Source of the DNA: Octopus sinensis
Taxonomy: Eukaryota
Assembly: GCF_006345805.1 (NCBI RefSeq)
Contig: NC_042999.1
Coordinates: 84,382,001-84,446,000 of the forward strand
Reading direction: 5' to 3'
Length of the DNA stretch: 64,000 bases
In this document: positions 1-13,885 of the stretch, in pieces
How the letters are laid out: every line of letters starts with the position of its first letter
Position numbering within the stretch: position 1 is the first letter of the stretch
Position numbers and translations under genes: made by a program
Notes under the pieces: generated by a model
What the model was told of the DNA's origin: nothing
Seen by the model: the letters and a program-made list of their open reading frames with translations, nothing else
Databases searched by the model: none

Positions 1-544
1 ACTTATAAATATAAGATACATTCATAAAGAAATATTCACAAAATTTTAGCCTGCATGCATATTGTATAAGGATAACAATTGCTAAATAATCGAACTTAGT
101 CAACTTTTTGATACCTGGGAGATAAATTTATAACATCGAAGTAAAATTATGAAATAATTAAATTATCTATTTCACCCGGCTAAATAGTTTATGGTTATTT
201 GAAACTGAAAATTTAAAAATAGCAATTTCTATCCTTCCATTTATACGCTGACGCTTTCAGTCAAATTATCTGGGATTTTGATATAAGCGTCTAAGAATAT
301 AGTTATTCATAAGTGTGTATGTGTGTGTGTATGTGTGTGTATGTGGGTGGGTGTGCGTGTGAGCAGTTGTAGAGTATATCTTAATAGTAAATTCTAAGCA
401 GAAAGAAATTATGCTCTCTGTATCTACTAACGAAAAATAGTAACGCTGCTATTGCTATATCAGTTTTTGTTTCTAACATATTTTTATGTAACGATGGTAG
501 GACATGTTTTATAACATTAATAATAATCACTTCGATCATAGACA

Positions 545-710
545 CAAGGCCTGAAATTTGGGCGAGGGATATTCGATTATATTGACGTCATTGCTCGACT
601 GGTACTTATTTTATCGACCCCGAACGAATGAAGGTGAAAGTCGAGTGCCGTGTAATTAGAACTCAGAACGTAAAAACGAACGAAATATCTCTGACGATTC
701 TGCCAGCTCC
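545..710 (-). mobile_element. Degenerate tRNA-derived SINE, family A
   Basis: Diverged reverse-complement match to the family A body (ctggtacttattttatcgaccccg...aaagtcga...gaactcagaacg) seen intact at 13656-13885. Confidence 0.7.
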
Positions 711-1098
711 CCATCATTACAACGACAACGGTTTTCTGCTAGTCTCTCCTAGATAATATTTTACATGTGATTCCCAATTCTAATAATTTTTATATTTTAC
801 GTCTAATTATTTATCTATATAACATCACCGTAGCCCAACAACAGATGGAGAAGTAATTTGTCAAGTTTTACCTTCCCCTCAAAGCAACATAGGGATTACA
901 ATTCATCAGCCCATTGCAAACAATGAATGGAATAAACATGAAATGACAAAATCGTATAAATAAAAGGGCATTACTGCAGATGTATACGCCCCCGATTGTG
1001 TTGCCTCATAACATCCATAAAAATGAATACTTTTTAACAGGATTTCCTACAAATACCGCTTAGATGTTGTGGCTTCAGAGTATATAGGAATACAAGAA

Positions 1099-1370
<272 letters not shown>

Positions 1371-1699
1371 CATTTATTGATGTTTTACAATATCTTTCCC
1401 GTTAAATACATTTATATACTATAAAAAGGGAAATTTGAGAAATTATGAATTTTTTGCAACCCCCACTCCCTGCCCCGATTGTTTCTGTTTAGAAATAAAA
1501 ATATTGGAGAGCCTGAGAAGGTCAATGCTGGCATTTAACAACAGTGTAAGTTCTTTTGGCCACGCTGCAATTGTTTTTGTGTCAACACACAATCTCAGAT
1601 CAAGTCGCTTGCTATGCAGGTACATCTCTGTAATTTTCTAAATCACTGTCGTTAAATGCCAGCAATGACCTTCTCAGGCTCTCCAATTTTTTAATTTCT
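1371..1699 (+). repeat. Direct duplicate of 2053-2381
   Basis: Near-identical sequence. Identical ORFs at 1435/2116 (+) and 1443/2124 (-). Confidence 0.95.
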
Positions 1700-2134
1700 G
1701 ATGTTTGGACTGGGAAATCCCAGAGGATTATAAAGAAATTTGTGGGGAAAATCTAATTGGGGATTTTGCCGATTCTTTTTAAACTGCAGCCTTCGAAATG
1801 ATGTGACTGTGGGGCGGAATATTTGTATAAACACATTTGTTTACAACTCCTCCCCTCCCATCATCCAGTGGGATGATGAGGGAGGGGGGCAATTGTATTT
1901 TTGCAATTCAAATCCATGGGAAGATCATTTTCGGTGAAAAAATGTTTTAATTGTTAATATCTTCAGAAGGAAAAGTGAGTGAGTTAAGGGCGATTTGGCT
2001 GTTGTTTCTAGCACATCCAAAAACAACCCTCATCGTTTTTTTATCACTCACGCATTTATGATGTTTTACAATATATTTCCCGTTAAATACATTTATATAC
2101 TATAAAAAGGGAAATTTGAGAAATTATGAATTTT

Positions 2135-2416
2135 TTGCAACCCCCACTCCCTGCCCCGATTGTTTCTGTTTAGAAATAAAAATATTGGAGAGCCTGAGAA
2201 GGTCAATGCTGGCATTTAACAACAGTGTAAGTTCTTTTGGCCACGCTGCAATTGTTTTTGTGTCAACACACAATCTCAGATCAAGTCGCTTGCTATGCAG
2301 GTACATCTCTGTAATTTTCTAAATCACTGTCGTTAAATGCCAGCAATGACCTTCTCAGGCTCTCCAATTTTTTAAATTTCTAAACAGAAACAATCAAGGC
2401 AGGAAGTGGGGGTTAC

Positions 2417-2418
<2 letters not shown>
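2135..2418. mobile_element. Fold-back / MITE-like element with ~93-bp imperfect terminal inverted arms
   Basis: 2135-2227 (ttgcaacccccactccctgcc...aacagtg) is the reverse complement of 2325-2418 (cactgtcg...gggggttacaa) with a few mismatches. Spacer ~97 bp. Confidence 0.7.
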
Positions 2419-2465
<47 letters not shown>

Positions 2466-2469
2466 TGTT

Positions 2470-3135
2470 CTCTTTACCAAAAGTTTTGTTGGAGGGCCTG
2501 AAGTCTTGTATGAGTAGCAGGGTTACTACATGCAGCCTACGGTACCATGCTATTCGTTCTTTTCAGCTATCTAATTCTTTACTGACTATTCTGACCGTAC
2601 CAAGGAGGCAAACAATTTGTAACAGTACTACTGGACACTCCATTCCAATTTCTTTTATATTTCTCTTGATGTCTTCTGATACCGTTCCCAAGGACCGAAC
2701 GATAAGTGGCACTGCCTTCACCTTCTTCATTTTCTATAACCGGGTTATTTCGTAGTTAAGACGGTTGGATCTATCCATCTATCTTTTTGTCTTCCTACTT
2801 GACTATTAGTGGACCAAAGGGTCATGCAACATCAACTATATATCATATGTGATGCACCTTCTTCACAAGCGTTATGTCCGGTCTGATGTTTGGACTGGGA
2901 AATCCCAGAGGATTTTGCTAGTCTCCGACTCTGCCACTCTCTGCGATGTGTGCTCATACCACATCTTGCCTCTCTCTAGCACCCACTTTTCGCACAGTTT
3001 CCAATGTAGGACTTTTGCTACCTGGTCGTGTCACCACAACTTGTAGTGGTTTTGGGCAGGTCTAGGGCATTTGTTTGTCATATGGGCAATGGTTTCATCC
3101 ACTATATTGCATATGCGATATAGCAGAGATACCAG

Positions 3136-3137
<2 letters not shown>
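2470..3137 (-). pseudogene. Old R4/Dong-like non-LTR retrotransposon remnant (zinc knuckle plus REL endonuclease)
   Basis: Manual minus-strand translation: YRICNIVDETIAHMTNKCP...HDQVAKVLHWKLCEKW...KILWDFPVQT, RPDITLVKK, KAVPLIVRSLGTV. Stops and frameshifts present; clearly diverged from the neighbouring young copy. Confidence 0.85.
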
Positions 3138-3203
<66 letters not shown>

Positions 3204-3244
3204 CATTATTATTATATTATTATTATTATTATTATTATTATTAT

Positions 3245-6200
3245 CATTCAGTAGTATATGTTTTATATCGTGCTTTCACTTCACTACCGAGCGCAGCTCT
3301 GTGTGACTTGAGTATGTGCTGTGATTTGTTGTGATGCTCTTATGGTTATTGTATGGAAAGTGTTCAGCGTAGGATGTGTGCAGTGCCTAGTAGTGCAATT
3401 TTCTGTATGTTATATGTGTTTGTAAGTCCTGGTGTTTTTGTTATGTATTTGTCTGAATATTTTTTTATCATGCCTAGTGCACCTATTATGATAGGAATTG
3501 TTTCTGTATTTAGATTCCACATTCTGGTTACCTCTATTTCCAGGTCTTTGTATTTTGAAAGTTTCTCCATTTCTTTTAGAGACACGTTGTCATCTGCTGT
3601 TATTGATACATCAATTAGAAAACATTTTTTTCTTCATGATCTCTGACAACTATATCTGGTATGTTGGCCTTAATTTCTCTATCTGTGTGTATTGGCATCC
3701 CATTCCAGAGTATGGTTGCTTTCTCGTTTACTGTGACCTTTTCTGGTGTGTGCCTATACCGTCTTTTTCTGTTGTTATTCCATAATGTTGGCATAGTTCC
3801 CAGTGTATATAGGTCCCAACTCTGTCGTGTCTGTGGATATATTCCTTTTTAGCCAGGACTGAGCAGCCAGAGATATGATTTATTGTTTCTTGTCCATCTC
3901 CACATATTCTGCAGTTACTTGTAATATTTCTTTTCATTACAGGTTTTTGGTAATTTCTGGTGGGGAGGTTTTGTGCTGCAATTAAAAATCCTTCTGTCTC
4001 TGCTTTGAGTCCTGAGCTTCTCAACCATTGCTGGGATTTTTCTTTGTCTATTTCTTTTGCATTTAGTTTAGTCCAGTATTTGCCATGAAAGCGGCTTTTC
4101 TTGCCATCGTTTTATCATGGTTCGTTGCTGTTCTATTTTTAGTTTGGATTTCATTTGTGTTATAGCTTTTGTTGTTTCTTCATCTTCTCCTTCTTCATAT
4201 TTGTTAGGTGGTATGATTTCTTGTTTGTATTTGTCAGCTTCCTTAAATACTGAGAACAGTTTTTTGTTTTGCTCGTGTTTTGCCGCTATTTGTATCAGTT
4301 TTCCTTCCTTCTGAAGTAGATATTTTTGCAGTCCTATGGTGGTTATTTTATAGTAGTTTTCCAGCTGTATAAAGCCTCTACCACCATCTATACGTTATAT
4401 ATATAGCCTTTCTATGTCAGATTTTGGGTGATGCATCCTAGATCCTGTCATTATTTTTCTTGTTTTCCTATCTATTTTGGTCAGTTCATTTAGAGTCCAG
4501 TTAAGGATATTGTAGCTGTAACTTATAACTGGGACGGCTAAAGTGTTGATACCTATTATCTTGTTTTTAGCATTGAGCTCTGTTTTCAGTATTGATCTAA
4601 CTCGTCTATAATATTCTTTTTTTATTTTCTCTTTCATTTGTGTGTGTTGTGTCTTATCTAGTTCATGGATTCCTAAGTATTTGTAAGTTTGGCTTTGGTC
4701 TAATTCTTTTATTTCATTGATTTTATCTAGTGTGATGTTGCTACTCTTAATTCGTTTTCCTCTTTTCAGGTTACTTTGGCGCATTTCTCTAATCCTAATT
4801 TCATATCTATTTCTTTGGTAAATCCATGAACTGTCTTTAGTAGTGTTTCCAGCTGTTTGTCATTTGTAGCGTATAGTTTTAGGTCATCCATATATAAAAG
4901 GTGGCTGATCTTTTTGCCGTAACATTTATATCCGCATCCAGTTCTGTTTAGCATATCCGATAGAGGTGACAGTGCCAAGCAGAAAAGGAGTGGAGATAGC
5001 GTATCTACCTGGAATATTCCTCTTCTAATGGGGATGGCTTTGTTTGGAGCTGTAGCTCTGTTTGCCATTTATTCATAGAGTGTCCTATGTATCTTATAAT
5101 TGTTAGTGCAACTTTGTTGATGGCTAGTGTTTCGAGAATCCATGTGTGGGGGATGCTATCAAACGCCTTTTTGTAGTCGATCCAGGCCATACTGAGGCCT
5201 TTCTTCTTTCTGTGGCTGTCTTCAGTTATGGCTTTATTAATCATTAGTTGATCTTTACAGCCATATGAGCCTTTGCGGCATCCTTTCTGCTCTTCTGGAA
5301 ACAGGTTGTTTTCGTCCAGGTGCTTGTTCAATCTTTGCGATATTACTGCAGTAAATGCTTTGTACATTGTAGGGAGATAGGTTATAGGTCTGTAGTTTTC
5401 TGGTTTTGCTGTCTCATTTGATTTGGGAATTAAGATGGTTTTCCCCTTCGTGAGCCATTCAGGCATTGTCTCTGGCTCTGCCAGTATGTTGTTAAAGTTT
5501 TCAGCCAGCTTTTTCTGCATTCCTGTTAGATATTTCAACCAGAAGTTGGGGATCTTGTCATGCCCAGGTGCCTTCCAGTTGCTTAGTCTTTGCAGTGCTT
5601 CGGAGACCTCTCCAGTTGTTATGGGGGTCCAAAGTTGCTCAGATGCTGAGTTTGTTGTTTTAATACTCCTTTTTTTTTTTGGTTGTTCGTTCGCCGACCA
5701 TATTTCTCTCCAGAATTCTTCCACTTCTTCTTCTGTTGGTGCTGCAGTGATTTCTATTTTATTTTTGCCAAGTTCTTGCTAGAACTTTTGGGGGTTGGAG
5801 TTGAACTTTTTGTTTTGTTCAAAGAAACGTTGGCGTTTCTCGTACCGGCGGATCCTTTGTGCTTTGGCAAAGATATCTTGCTTCAGCTTTTCTTTTATCT
5901 CAGGTAAATCTTTTTCTGTGGTGTTGTATTTGCGGAGTATTTTTGTTTTCTTTGTTTTGCTCAGTAGCGTTGATTATCTACTGATTTTATTAAGAATCGA
6001 CAGATCTTTTCTAATTTTTTGTATTTTGTTTTGGATGTTATTTATCCACAGGGTTTGTTTGGGTGGTGGTACTCCTGTTTGGATGGGTTTGAGTGAGTAT
6101 CCAGCTTCTTTTGTGGCTGCAGTGGCTGCTGCGTATACTAAGTCATTTAGCTCAGTGATATCGCTTTTTGTTTCAGTGGCTATTAGTTCCTTGACGGCTA

Positions 6201-6490
6201 GGTTTATATTGTTTATAATTGATTTTGTTGTTTTGTCTATTTTGATTTTTGGGAGGTATGGTCGGTGGTCCATTTTGAGCTCTGTGGTTTTCAGTTCTTT
6301 GATTATTCTACTTTTTATAGTTTCATAATCATTAGGCTCCCCTTCGTTGTTTCCAGGTTTTAGATTTGTGTCGCTTTCTATCTCATCCATATATTTGTTT
6401 GTCGTGTTTTGACTTGCTGTTTGTCGTCTGGGTTTGTTGTTTTTTGTTTACATCGTGTTTGTTGGAAATGTTACGTTTATCTTCGTGTTT
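3245..6490 (-). mobile_element. R4/Dong-clade non-LTR retrotransposon (RT, CCHC knuckle, REL endonuclease), frameshifted and probably 5'-truncated; copy 1
   Basis: ORF pieces 5005-5724 (KAPGHDKIPNFWLK, NYRPIT, WIDYKKAFDS), 4766-5068 (LSPLLF, YMDDLKLY), 4395-4784 (YKYLG, HHPKSDIERLY), 3728-4024 (CRIC..H..C, RHDRV), 3364-3585 (KLSKYKDL, IIGALG). (TAA)n tail at 3138-3244. Confidence 0.93.
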
Positions 6491-6499
6491 TACAGCGGG

Positions 6500-6690
6500 A
6501 TATACTCATTCTTGGCCAGGACTGCGCAGCCAAAGACAATATCATTTAATGTTTCTTCCCCATCACCAGTTATTTATTGTATTTTTCTTTGTTGTGTGTT
6601 TTTGGTGGTTTCTGCTGGGGATGCTTTTCTTTTTGTGTCGCAATTAAAACCCTTCAGTCTCTGCTTTGAGTCTCTATTTTCAGTCTCTGC
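6500..6690 (-). pseudogene. Second old R4-like fragment (LKAETEG to zinc-knuckle region)
   Basis: Minus strand reads, with frameshifts, LKAETEGF..., GEETLNDIVFGCAVLAKNEYI. It parallels LKAETEGFLIAA...GQETINHISGCSVLAKKEYI of copy 1. Confidence 0.7.
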
Positions 6691-9572
6691 CTATTCCCCA
6701 ACAGTAATAATAATCTGATCATAGCTAAGGATGGGAATGGCAAGCCGAATGACTTAATCGTCGATGGAAATAGTGACATGATTTATAATAATTCTAACAG
6801 TATTATTTCCGAACAATGTCCACTCAATTACCCTCACTTGAACTTAAAATCTATTTCGAATTTTCATTTATAACCAACAATAATAGCATCAAAGCGTTTA
6901 TAATCTCGTCGCCAATAACTTTAAGACTCCTTATAGCATTCTTCTATAATGTGAACAGAGAAACATCTCCAGGCTATCAAGTTCCTTTTAGTAACTCAAA
7001 GGAAACAGTGAATACTAAATCCTCAAATCCCAGACACTGACAAGAGGTCTCTCATATACAGATTACTCACTACTGAAAATCAGAGAAGGTGACCACCTGT
7101 GGGAAAAGGACCTTGGAGGATGAAACACCATGAATACACAATGGTAGCGAAGAATTTTTCCATCTACCGCCTTAGTCTAATTGCAAAATAAAGATCTTAT
7201 CTGACGGATTATTATTCGCATTTCGATTTTTATTATTTGCTATAATTCTTTCTTCCAATTCTCTCAAATATTCATGGCGTATATCATTTTTTTATTTTCA
7301 CCGAATACTTTCTTCCTATAATTCATTTAGTTACTTCTTCTCCACATCATTTTACCACATTAAAAAAATATATAAACACTCACACCGATGTAATATTATA
7401 GGAAACCACCTAAACTTACTATACTGAATAGACAAAACAGGTTGTGTACATGCTAATAATTGTAACACTTATCCATAGTATTTCTCTCCAATTCATACTT
7501 CTGACTCCTATCTTTCACTATACGCACAACATATTTATTCCTCTAGGCCACCATATCTTCTTAGGAGAAACCATAAATATCCATACCATGATCTCATGAA
7601 AGGGACCCAAAACATTAAGCAGTATGGAAATCATTGCATGTATAACAGCAATACTTATGTAAGTACATCATTTATTGTAAGATTTTGAAAATACTATTAC
7701 TTTTATTGATATGATTATAAGAGCTACATTCTTTTAAACTACTTACTACTCTTTACTTAAGCTGAATGGAGTGAATGACTTTACATTTTTACCATAGGTT
7801 TGCTCTAACACTTCTTCCAACTAAGATAATATGCATATAATATATGCTCTGTACACGTACTAGAATTTATACATTGTTATATCTCACCTCTCTCTTCGCT
7901 TCATATTCACATACATAAATGTATTTCTATTGAGAATGCTTGTTTGTAGATGTCTCAAATGTTTGGTTTTCGGTCGTGATACTCGTTGAGTTCTATAGTT
8001 ACAAATAACTTATACTTTCTACAACTCTTTAGGATCCTCTGTTCTTCGATTCCGACGCACAGCCTTGATCTCGAATAAACACTTGAAGTCGCAAACATAT
8101 CTAGTTACAACCAGTAAATACGGTGTCTTTGCTGTTAGTTGAAAATTCACTTTCATTTCTAGTTACCTCCATTGACGAAGACATATCTATGGGCAAAGGA
8201 AAATGGTACCTTGTGACATTCATAATTTTCTAAAACTTTCCTCGAAAGAATTAGCTGTCAATAGATACACACGACTTGAATATTTAACAGCGAGGACAGA
8301 TCAGCATAGATTTATCAACTTGCATCTTTCTGCATGAATTTCATCAAAAACCGCTTAAACATATGGATGACTAAAATTACTGATATGAATCTAATCAGAT
8401 ATAAACGGTTCCTAGTCGGACAATAATTTTTACAATATTTAATATAAATGTTGTCATTTCTGTTATTTTAGAATTCAAATCTAACATGAAATGTGGGATT
8501 CCCCATTTCCTTTCATAGTTACATGATCGAGAAATTACCCACAAGTGATATAGTGGTAATTATTCAATCGACAAATCTTACACCACCAGAAATATTCTGC
8601 CAACATGATAATAAATACAAATATGATGCTAATAATGTTTACATTATTTTACCTAATTCTCAATATGTTTAATGCTGTCTGGCATCAAAGGGGGTAAGCA
8701 AATTCTTAGTATACGTAAGAAAAATGGAGGCATTATTCATCTGAGGAAAACAGATGTCTTGAAATTTGATCAAAATCCAAATTTTAATAGTGCAAATGTT
8801 TAGATGCTATTCCCACCTACCGTTTCTTTAAAAATTGCACGTCTGGACAATGTATATAAAGCTCTTATCCTAATTTATGTAGCAACTGTGCATTGGCTCA
8901 GTTACAAAAAAGAATAAATAAAAAATAATCACATTCATTTCAATAGTATTTCCAAAGTCTCTGTTCATGGAGGGAGAGAAAATAAAATAGAGATGCACGA
9001 GAGCTTTACAGTGACGACTATTTACGGAAGTCTGATCAGCAGTGAAACTTAGCACAATGTTTATAATGATTATGCGGCAGGAAGTAGTTACGAGAAGCAG
9101 TATTGTGGAGTGAAACCGAACGGAATTGAAAGAGTGTAAGTAATAGAAAATGTTTTCGCGTGGTCGGAGTGGAAAATTGTGATTCAAGCGCGGGAGAAAT
9201 AGAAACTTAGGAAAATGGCATAGGCTCTGTTTCTGGAAACAGTCAAAGACATTAAGGAAATCAAAGGCCATAGCAAATTTTTCGAGAATAGTTACCTGAG
9301 AATAGGATGCTTCACCGATTTATTCATAAGAGGTAGCGGCGAAAAATCACAGCGCCATTTCACATTAAAAACAAGATGAATTCGTAGATGTAGTACGAAT
9401 TCATACTATTTTTAATGTGGAATCACACCATGTCGTATATCAAAAAGAATTTGAGCTCTATTTCTGTATTCAATTACTACCGCATCTATTGACATGAATG
9501 TATTTATCTAAGCCTCAAGTACATAGAGAATGATATTCGAACAATGATTGTGTTATTTATTTTATTGTAGCC

Positions 9573-9573
<1 letters not shown>

Positions 9574-9622
<49 letters not shown>

Positions 9623-9640
9623 TAGTAGTAGTAGTAGTAA
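9574..9640. repeat. (TAG)n microsatellite
   Basis: Direct reading. Confidence 0.95.
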
Positions 9641-10399
9641 TTGATGTTGTTGTTGCTGTCATTATTTTAGTTGCTGTTGTTGTTGCAGAGGTTTCTCGTG
9701 GGTAAGGCATAGAGTATTATGCTCATGAGATTTCCCTTAAAATTCTTATTCTTCAAGTTGGACAAAAATTCGTAGCGAAATCATTAAAATTTCATATCAT
9801 AAATTAATGCTCTTCAGACTTTATTTGCAGTAAATAAATACATACATGTTTCTTTTTTTAACTTTCTTCATCTTACCTTCCTCAAGATTTTCTGTAGATA
9901 ATAACAAGTCTTATTTTTTTTTATTTCCTTCTTCACGCTCTTATATTGCCTCAGTTGATTTAACCGCCAAAATATTTATAAACCATATAACTAATGATAT
10001 TTTTTCCTTTCATTTTATGTTTACTTAATAGGCTAATGTTACAGTGTATATGTGCTTGTGCACAGCAAACTGAAAGTGAAAGAGAGAAAGAAGAACAATT
10101 TTGGCTAGAACTGTTCAAGTTGAACTAACTAACTAACAAATGTTGCAAAATATTTGCTTGATATACAGGAAATGTCATATTTGAAGAAAATTGGGCGAAA
10201 ACGTGCTATATTTATTGCTTGGCTCAAATCCAAAGAATTCACTGAACTCAATATAGATTTTCAGATATCTATCCTAAATACATAACGCCAGCTTTGTTTG
10301 GTGTGATGCTACATCTTAAATGTCGAACTGTCACCGTGAAATCGAAAACCATTATCTATCAGTCTACCAATCTCTCTATCCACCTCTGTACACAAAATT

Positions 10400-10432
10400 C
10401 TATACATACATACATAATATACACACACACAT

Positions 10433-10522
<90 letters not shown>

Positions 10523-10715
10523 TATATATATATATATAGAGAGAGAGAGAGAAAGAGAGAGAGTAAACATATGTACATAGACATATAAATACATGCCTAC
10601 ATATATATACATATAGATAATATATACATACATACACCATATACACACAGTGAGACACACACACCTACATACACACACATACACACACATACACTTATAT
10701 ATATATATATACATT
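10400..10715. repeat. Compound (CA)/(TA)/(TATG)/(GA) microsatellite
   Basis: Direct reading; source of several spurious YI-rich ORFs. Confidence 0.95.
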
Positions 10716-11865
10716 CATTTCTACTCATTGCTGTTGAGAATATGCCATTGGTTTATGATAATTATTGCAAATCTGATAGGGTTCAGTAGCAGGCCGCAGA
10801 TACATGTATGGTGTAGTTGAATAGGATCTGCGACCCGATTTGATGCACCGATTGAAACAGTTTGGTTTCAATTACATTAACGATATTTGTATAAAAAGAT
10901 TTTACTATAGCAATATTTAATTTTCATACTGACATATACCCTTGCAATGCCTTTTATTTAAAGACAAACTCTCAGGTATGCCTTTTTATAAAATTTCATT
11001 CTATATTGGCTGGCAAATTAGGACACTTACAACATTATTTATGACTTTAACAAACTTCGATACAGGCATAAATTTCATTAAATCCAGTAACTATTCCGTC
11101 TACGCACCAACAATTTTGTTATTGATTAGTTAAAAACTAATTCCCGAATGACTGAGTAGTAAGTTCAATTCACATATGTTAATAGATCCAGAGCCACTTT
11201 CAGTTGCATGCACCACACATTCACTATTGTGTTATATATATGCGTGTATGTGAGTATGTATGTATATATATATGTATATATATGTCTGTGTGTATATGTT
11301 TGTGTGTGTGTGTACGTATGTTTCTGTATGAGTATATTTATATAATGAAAGGAAAGGACAGGCAAACAACAGGCGTCACGTCGAATTATGAGGTATTTGT
11401 ATTTATGTGACATATAAAGAAAAAATGCATTAAGGTGTATAAGTCACAGAAGATCAGTAAAAGTTGCTACTCTATGGGATATGTGTAATAGTTGCTACGT
11501 ACGTTAGTAGACTTCATGAAGAGGCAAAAGAAAATCATCACAAGTAAAAAGTGTATAACTGAAAAGAAATAAGAAATGTGTGAAGATACTAATTTACAGC
11601 TGTTTCAAGACTAGTTGCGTAATTGGTCAAGTTTTCTTCATGCTGTCAGCATCTCATATTTTTGTAGGAACATATACCATTTTTGGTGGTAAACTCTTTT
11701 GAGATTCAATAACAGATGAATAAATACGAAGAGTGGTAGATATATAAAAATAAGTATAGATGAAAAATGGCAGATATATCTATACCTGAGGAAAATATGC
11801 AGACAGAAAAGGAAAAGAATAAAGTGCAGCACGCTCTGCAGTATAGGTAGGTATACTAGTAGGAA

Positions 11866-12690
11866 CCCAAAAGTAACCGGAAATGTTCTCTGTAGGACAA
11901 GCTCGTTGTAGTTCGGACGTCTGTCGCTAGAAGCCACTTGATGCAACCCTCAGGCATGAATCTAACGACCGGCGTCGTCGCGTTAGTCCTACTGCCACGT
12001 GGTACGTTTTTGCTTTGCAGTGCTTCTCCCCTGCCGACTTTTGCAATGGCTGAAACGAAGGAACAGCGTGTTTTCGTGAAATTCTGTCTTCTGCTAGGGG
12101 AAAATGCCCACCGAAACAGTTGTCATGCTTCAAACAGCTTACAAGGACGCTGCTATAAGTAAAACACAAGTTTATGTGTGGTTTTCACGTTTTAGGAATG
12201 ATGACTCGTTGCTTGAATACCAACCTCGTTCAGGGTGAACGTTGACCTCCCTAACGAATGAAAACATCATGAAAATTCAGGACCGTCACTAAACAAGTGA
12301 CGAACTTGTTAATATGACCGATGTTCTTGGAGTTCCTGCCAAGAAATTTTGAGCGAGGAATTGCGAATGAAAAGAGTTGCAGCAAAATTTATGCCTCGTT
12401 TGCTCGAAGACCAAAACCAGTCACGACTGAATGGGTTTCGTAGACTGAAAGAACAGTTGGAAGTTGATCCGCACGTTTTTCCGAAGGTCATCACTAGTGA
12501 CGAAAACTGGTGCTAAGGAACTTGCTGTTGTGGAACAGGCGAAAGAAAAAAACAACGTCGGCGGTAAAAAGCATCACTTTGCAAGTGTTCCACCGCTTCG
12601 AACAGCAGAAAACGCGTCTGGACCGATGTATTTCTTCAAATAGAGAATACTTTGGAAGCGATACAAAATTGCCGGTATTTTTATATGAAA
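11866..12690 (+). mobile_element. Internally deleted mariner transposon relic
   Basis: MAETKEQRVFVKFCLLLG, KTQVYVWFSRF, QPRSG, MKRVAAKFMPRLL and KVITSDENWC, then a jump to C-terminal RLDRCISSNREYF. TIR-like start aggaacccaaaagtaaccggaaa with a degenerate 3' counterpart near 12670. Confidence 0.88.
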
Positions 12691-12915
12691 TTTCTATATA
12701 TCTCTAGTTTCGTATAAATATTTAGTATCCTACTTTGAAATTATTTTTCAGGACCATGTAAATACTCAATATGGATAACGAAGGAAGACCACAACATTTC
12801 AATTTGAATACTGAAGTATTGTCAGAAATCTACGTATATAATATATCATTAATATTATATATTGGCTTTAAGAATATTCATTCTCTTAAGTTTCTAATTT
12901 TTTTGCGCCCCTTTT

Positions 12916-13404
12916 AAAGCCTAGCCAGGCTCAAGGGCCCGGTTTCTCGGTTTCAAGCGTATGTGTTCCCCAGCTGGACGGGACGCCAGTCCATTGCATT
13001 GTTATTCATTTTTGCCAGCTGAGCGGACTGGAGCAACGTGAAATGAAGGGTTTTGCTCAAGAACACAACACCGCGCCCGGTCCAGGAATCAATAACACAA
13101 TTTTACGATCGTGGTGCTGACACCCTAAACACTAAGCCACGCGCTTCCACAAATAATCTTCCTTCTCGAGCCATGCCAGGCTCATAAGAGCCGGTTTTCC
13201 GGTTTCCGTGGCGGAGAAATTCCCCACCTGGATGGGACGCCGGTCCGTCGCAGGATTACTCATTTTTGCCAGCTGAGTGGACTGGAGCAACGTGAAATGA
13301 AGTGTTTTGCTCAAGAACACAACGCATCGCCCGGTCCAGGAATCGAAACCACAACCTTACGATCATGAGTTCAGCACCCTAACCACTAAGCCACGCGCCT
13401 CCAC
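12916..13404 (-). mobile_element. Two head-to-tail copies of tRNA-derived CORE-like SINE, family B (12916-13150, 13168-13404)
   Basis: Minus-strand head gtggaggcgcgtggcttagtgg (A box) and ggtttcgattcc (B box), followed by a CORE-like tgtgttcttgagcaaaacact...ccagtccactcagctg segment. Confidence 0.85.
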
Positions 13405-13655
13405 AGGTTTCTTAGTTTACACGTACGTGTTTCTCTTCCGGCGTTCCTAAGTTACATATTAATCATTATGATTAGGAGCAAGTCCATTAGTGTGGGTTAT
13501 TCTTAATAGATTCTTTTGCTTCGTTAATTTTCATATACATGAACATGCATACTTATGCATATATACAGATATCTATGTGTGTATGTATGTGCATCCGCAC
13601 ACGCGTGTGTGCGTGTGCATGCATGTATATGTATATGCATATATACATATACATT

Positions 13656-13885
13656 GAGGCGGCGAGCTGGCAGAAACGTTAGGGCGCCGGGTGAAATGCT
13701 AAGCGGTATTTCGTCTGTCGATACGTTCTGAGTTCAAATTCCGCCGAGGTCGACTTTGCCTTTCATCCTTTCGGGGTCGATAAATAAAGTACCAGTTACG
13801 CACTGGGGTCGATGTAATCGACTTAATCCCCTTGTCTGTCCTTGTTTGTCTCCTCTGTGTTTAGCCCCTTGTGGGTAGTAAAGAA
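13656..13885 (+). mobile_element. tRNA-derived SINE, family A, full length
   Basis: Head gaggcggcgagctggcag with B-box-like gagttcaaattcc. Several other copies in the window. Confidence 0.9.

Noticed and set aside
8730-8800. CTGAGGA...GAAA hammerhead-like motif
   Set aside because: Stem II does not pair well and stem I is out of register; compatible with chance
9376-9404. 11-bp perfect hairpin atgaattcgta/tacgaattcat
   Set aside because: Short and isolated; plausible by chance in AT-rich DNA
12916-13404. tRNA genes
   Set aside because: The A/B boxes belong to SINE heads that continue into CORE-like bodies; no complete cloverleaf
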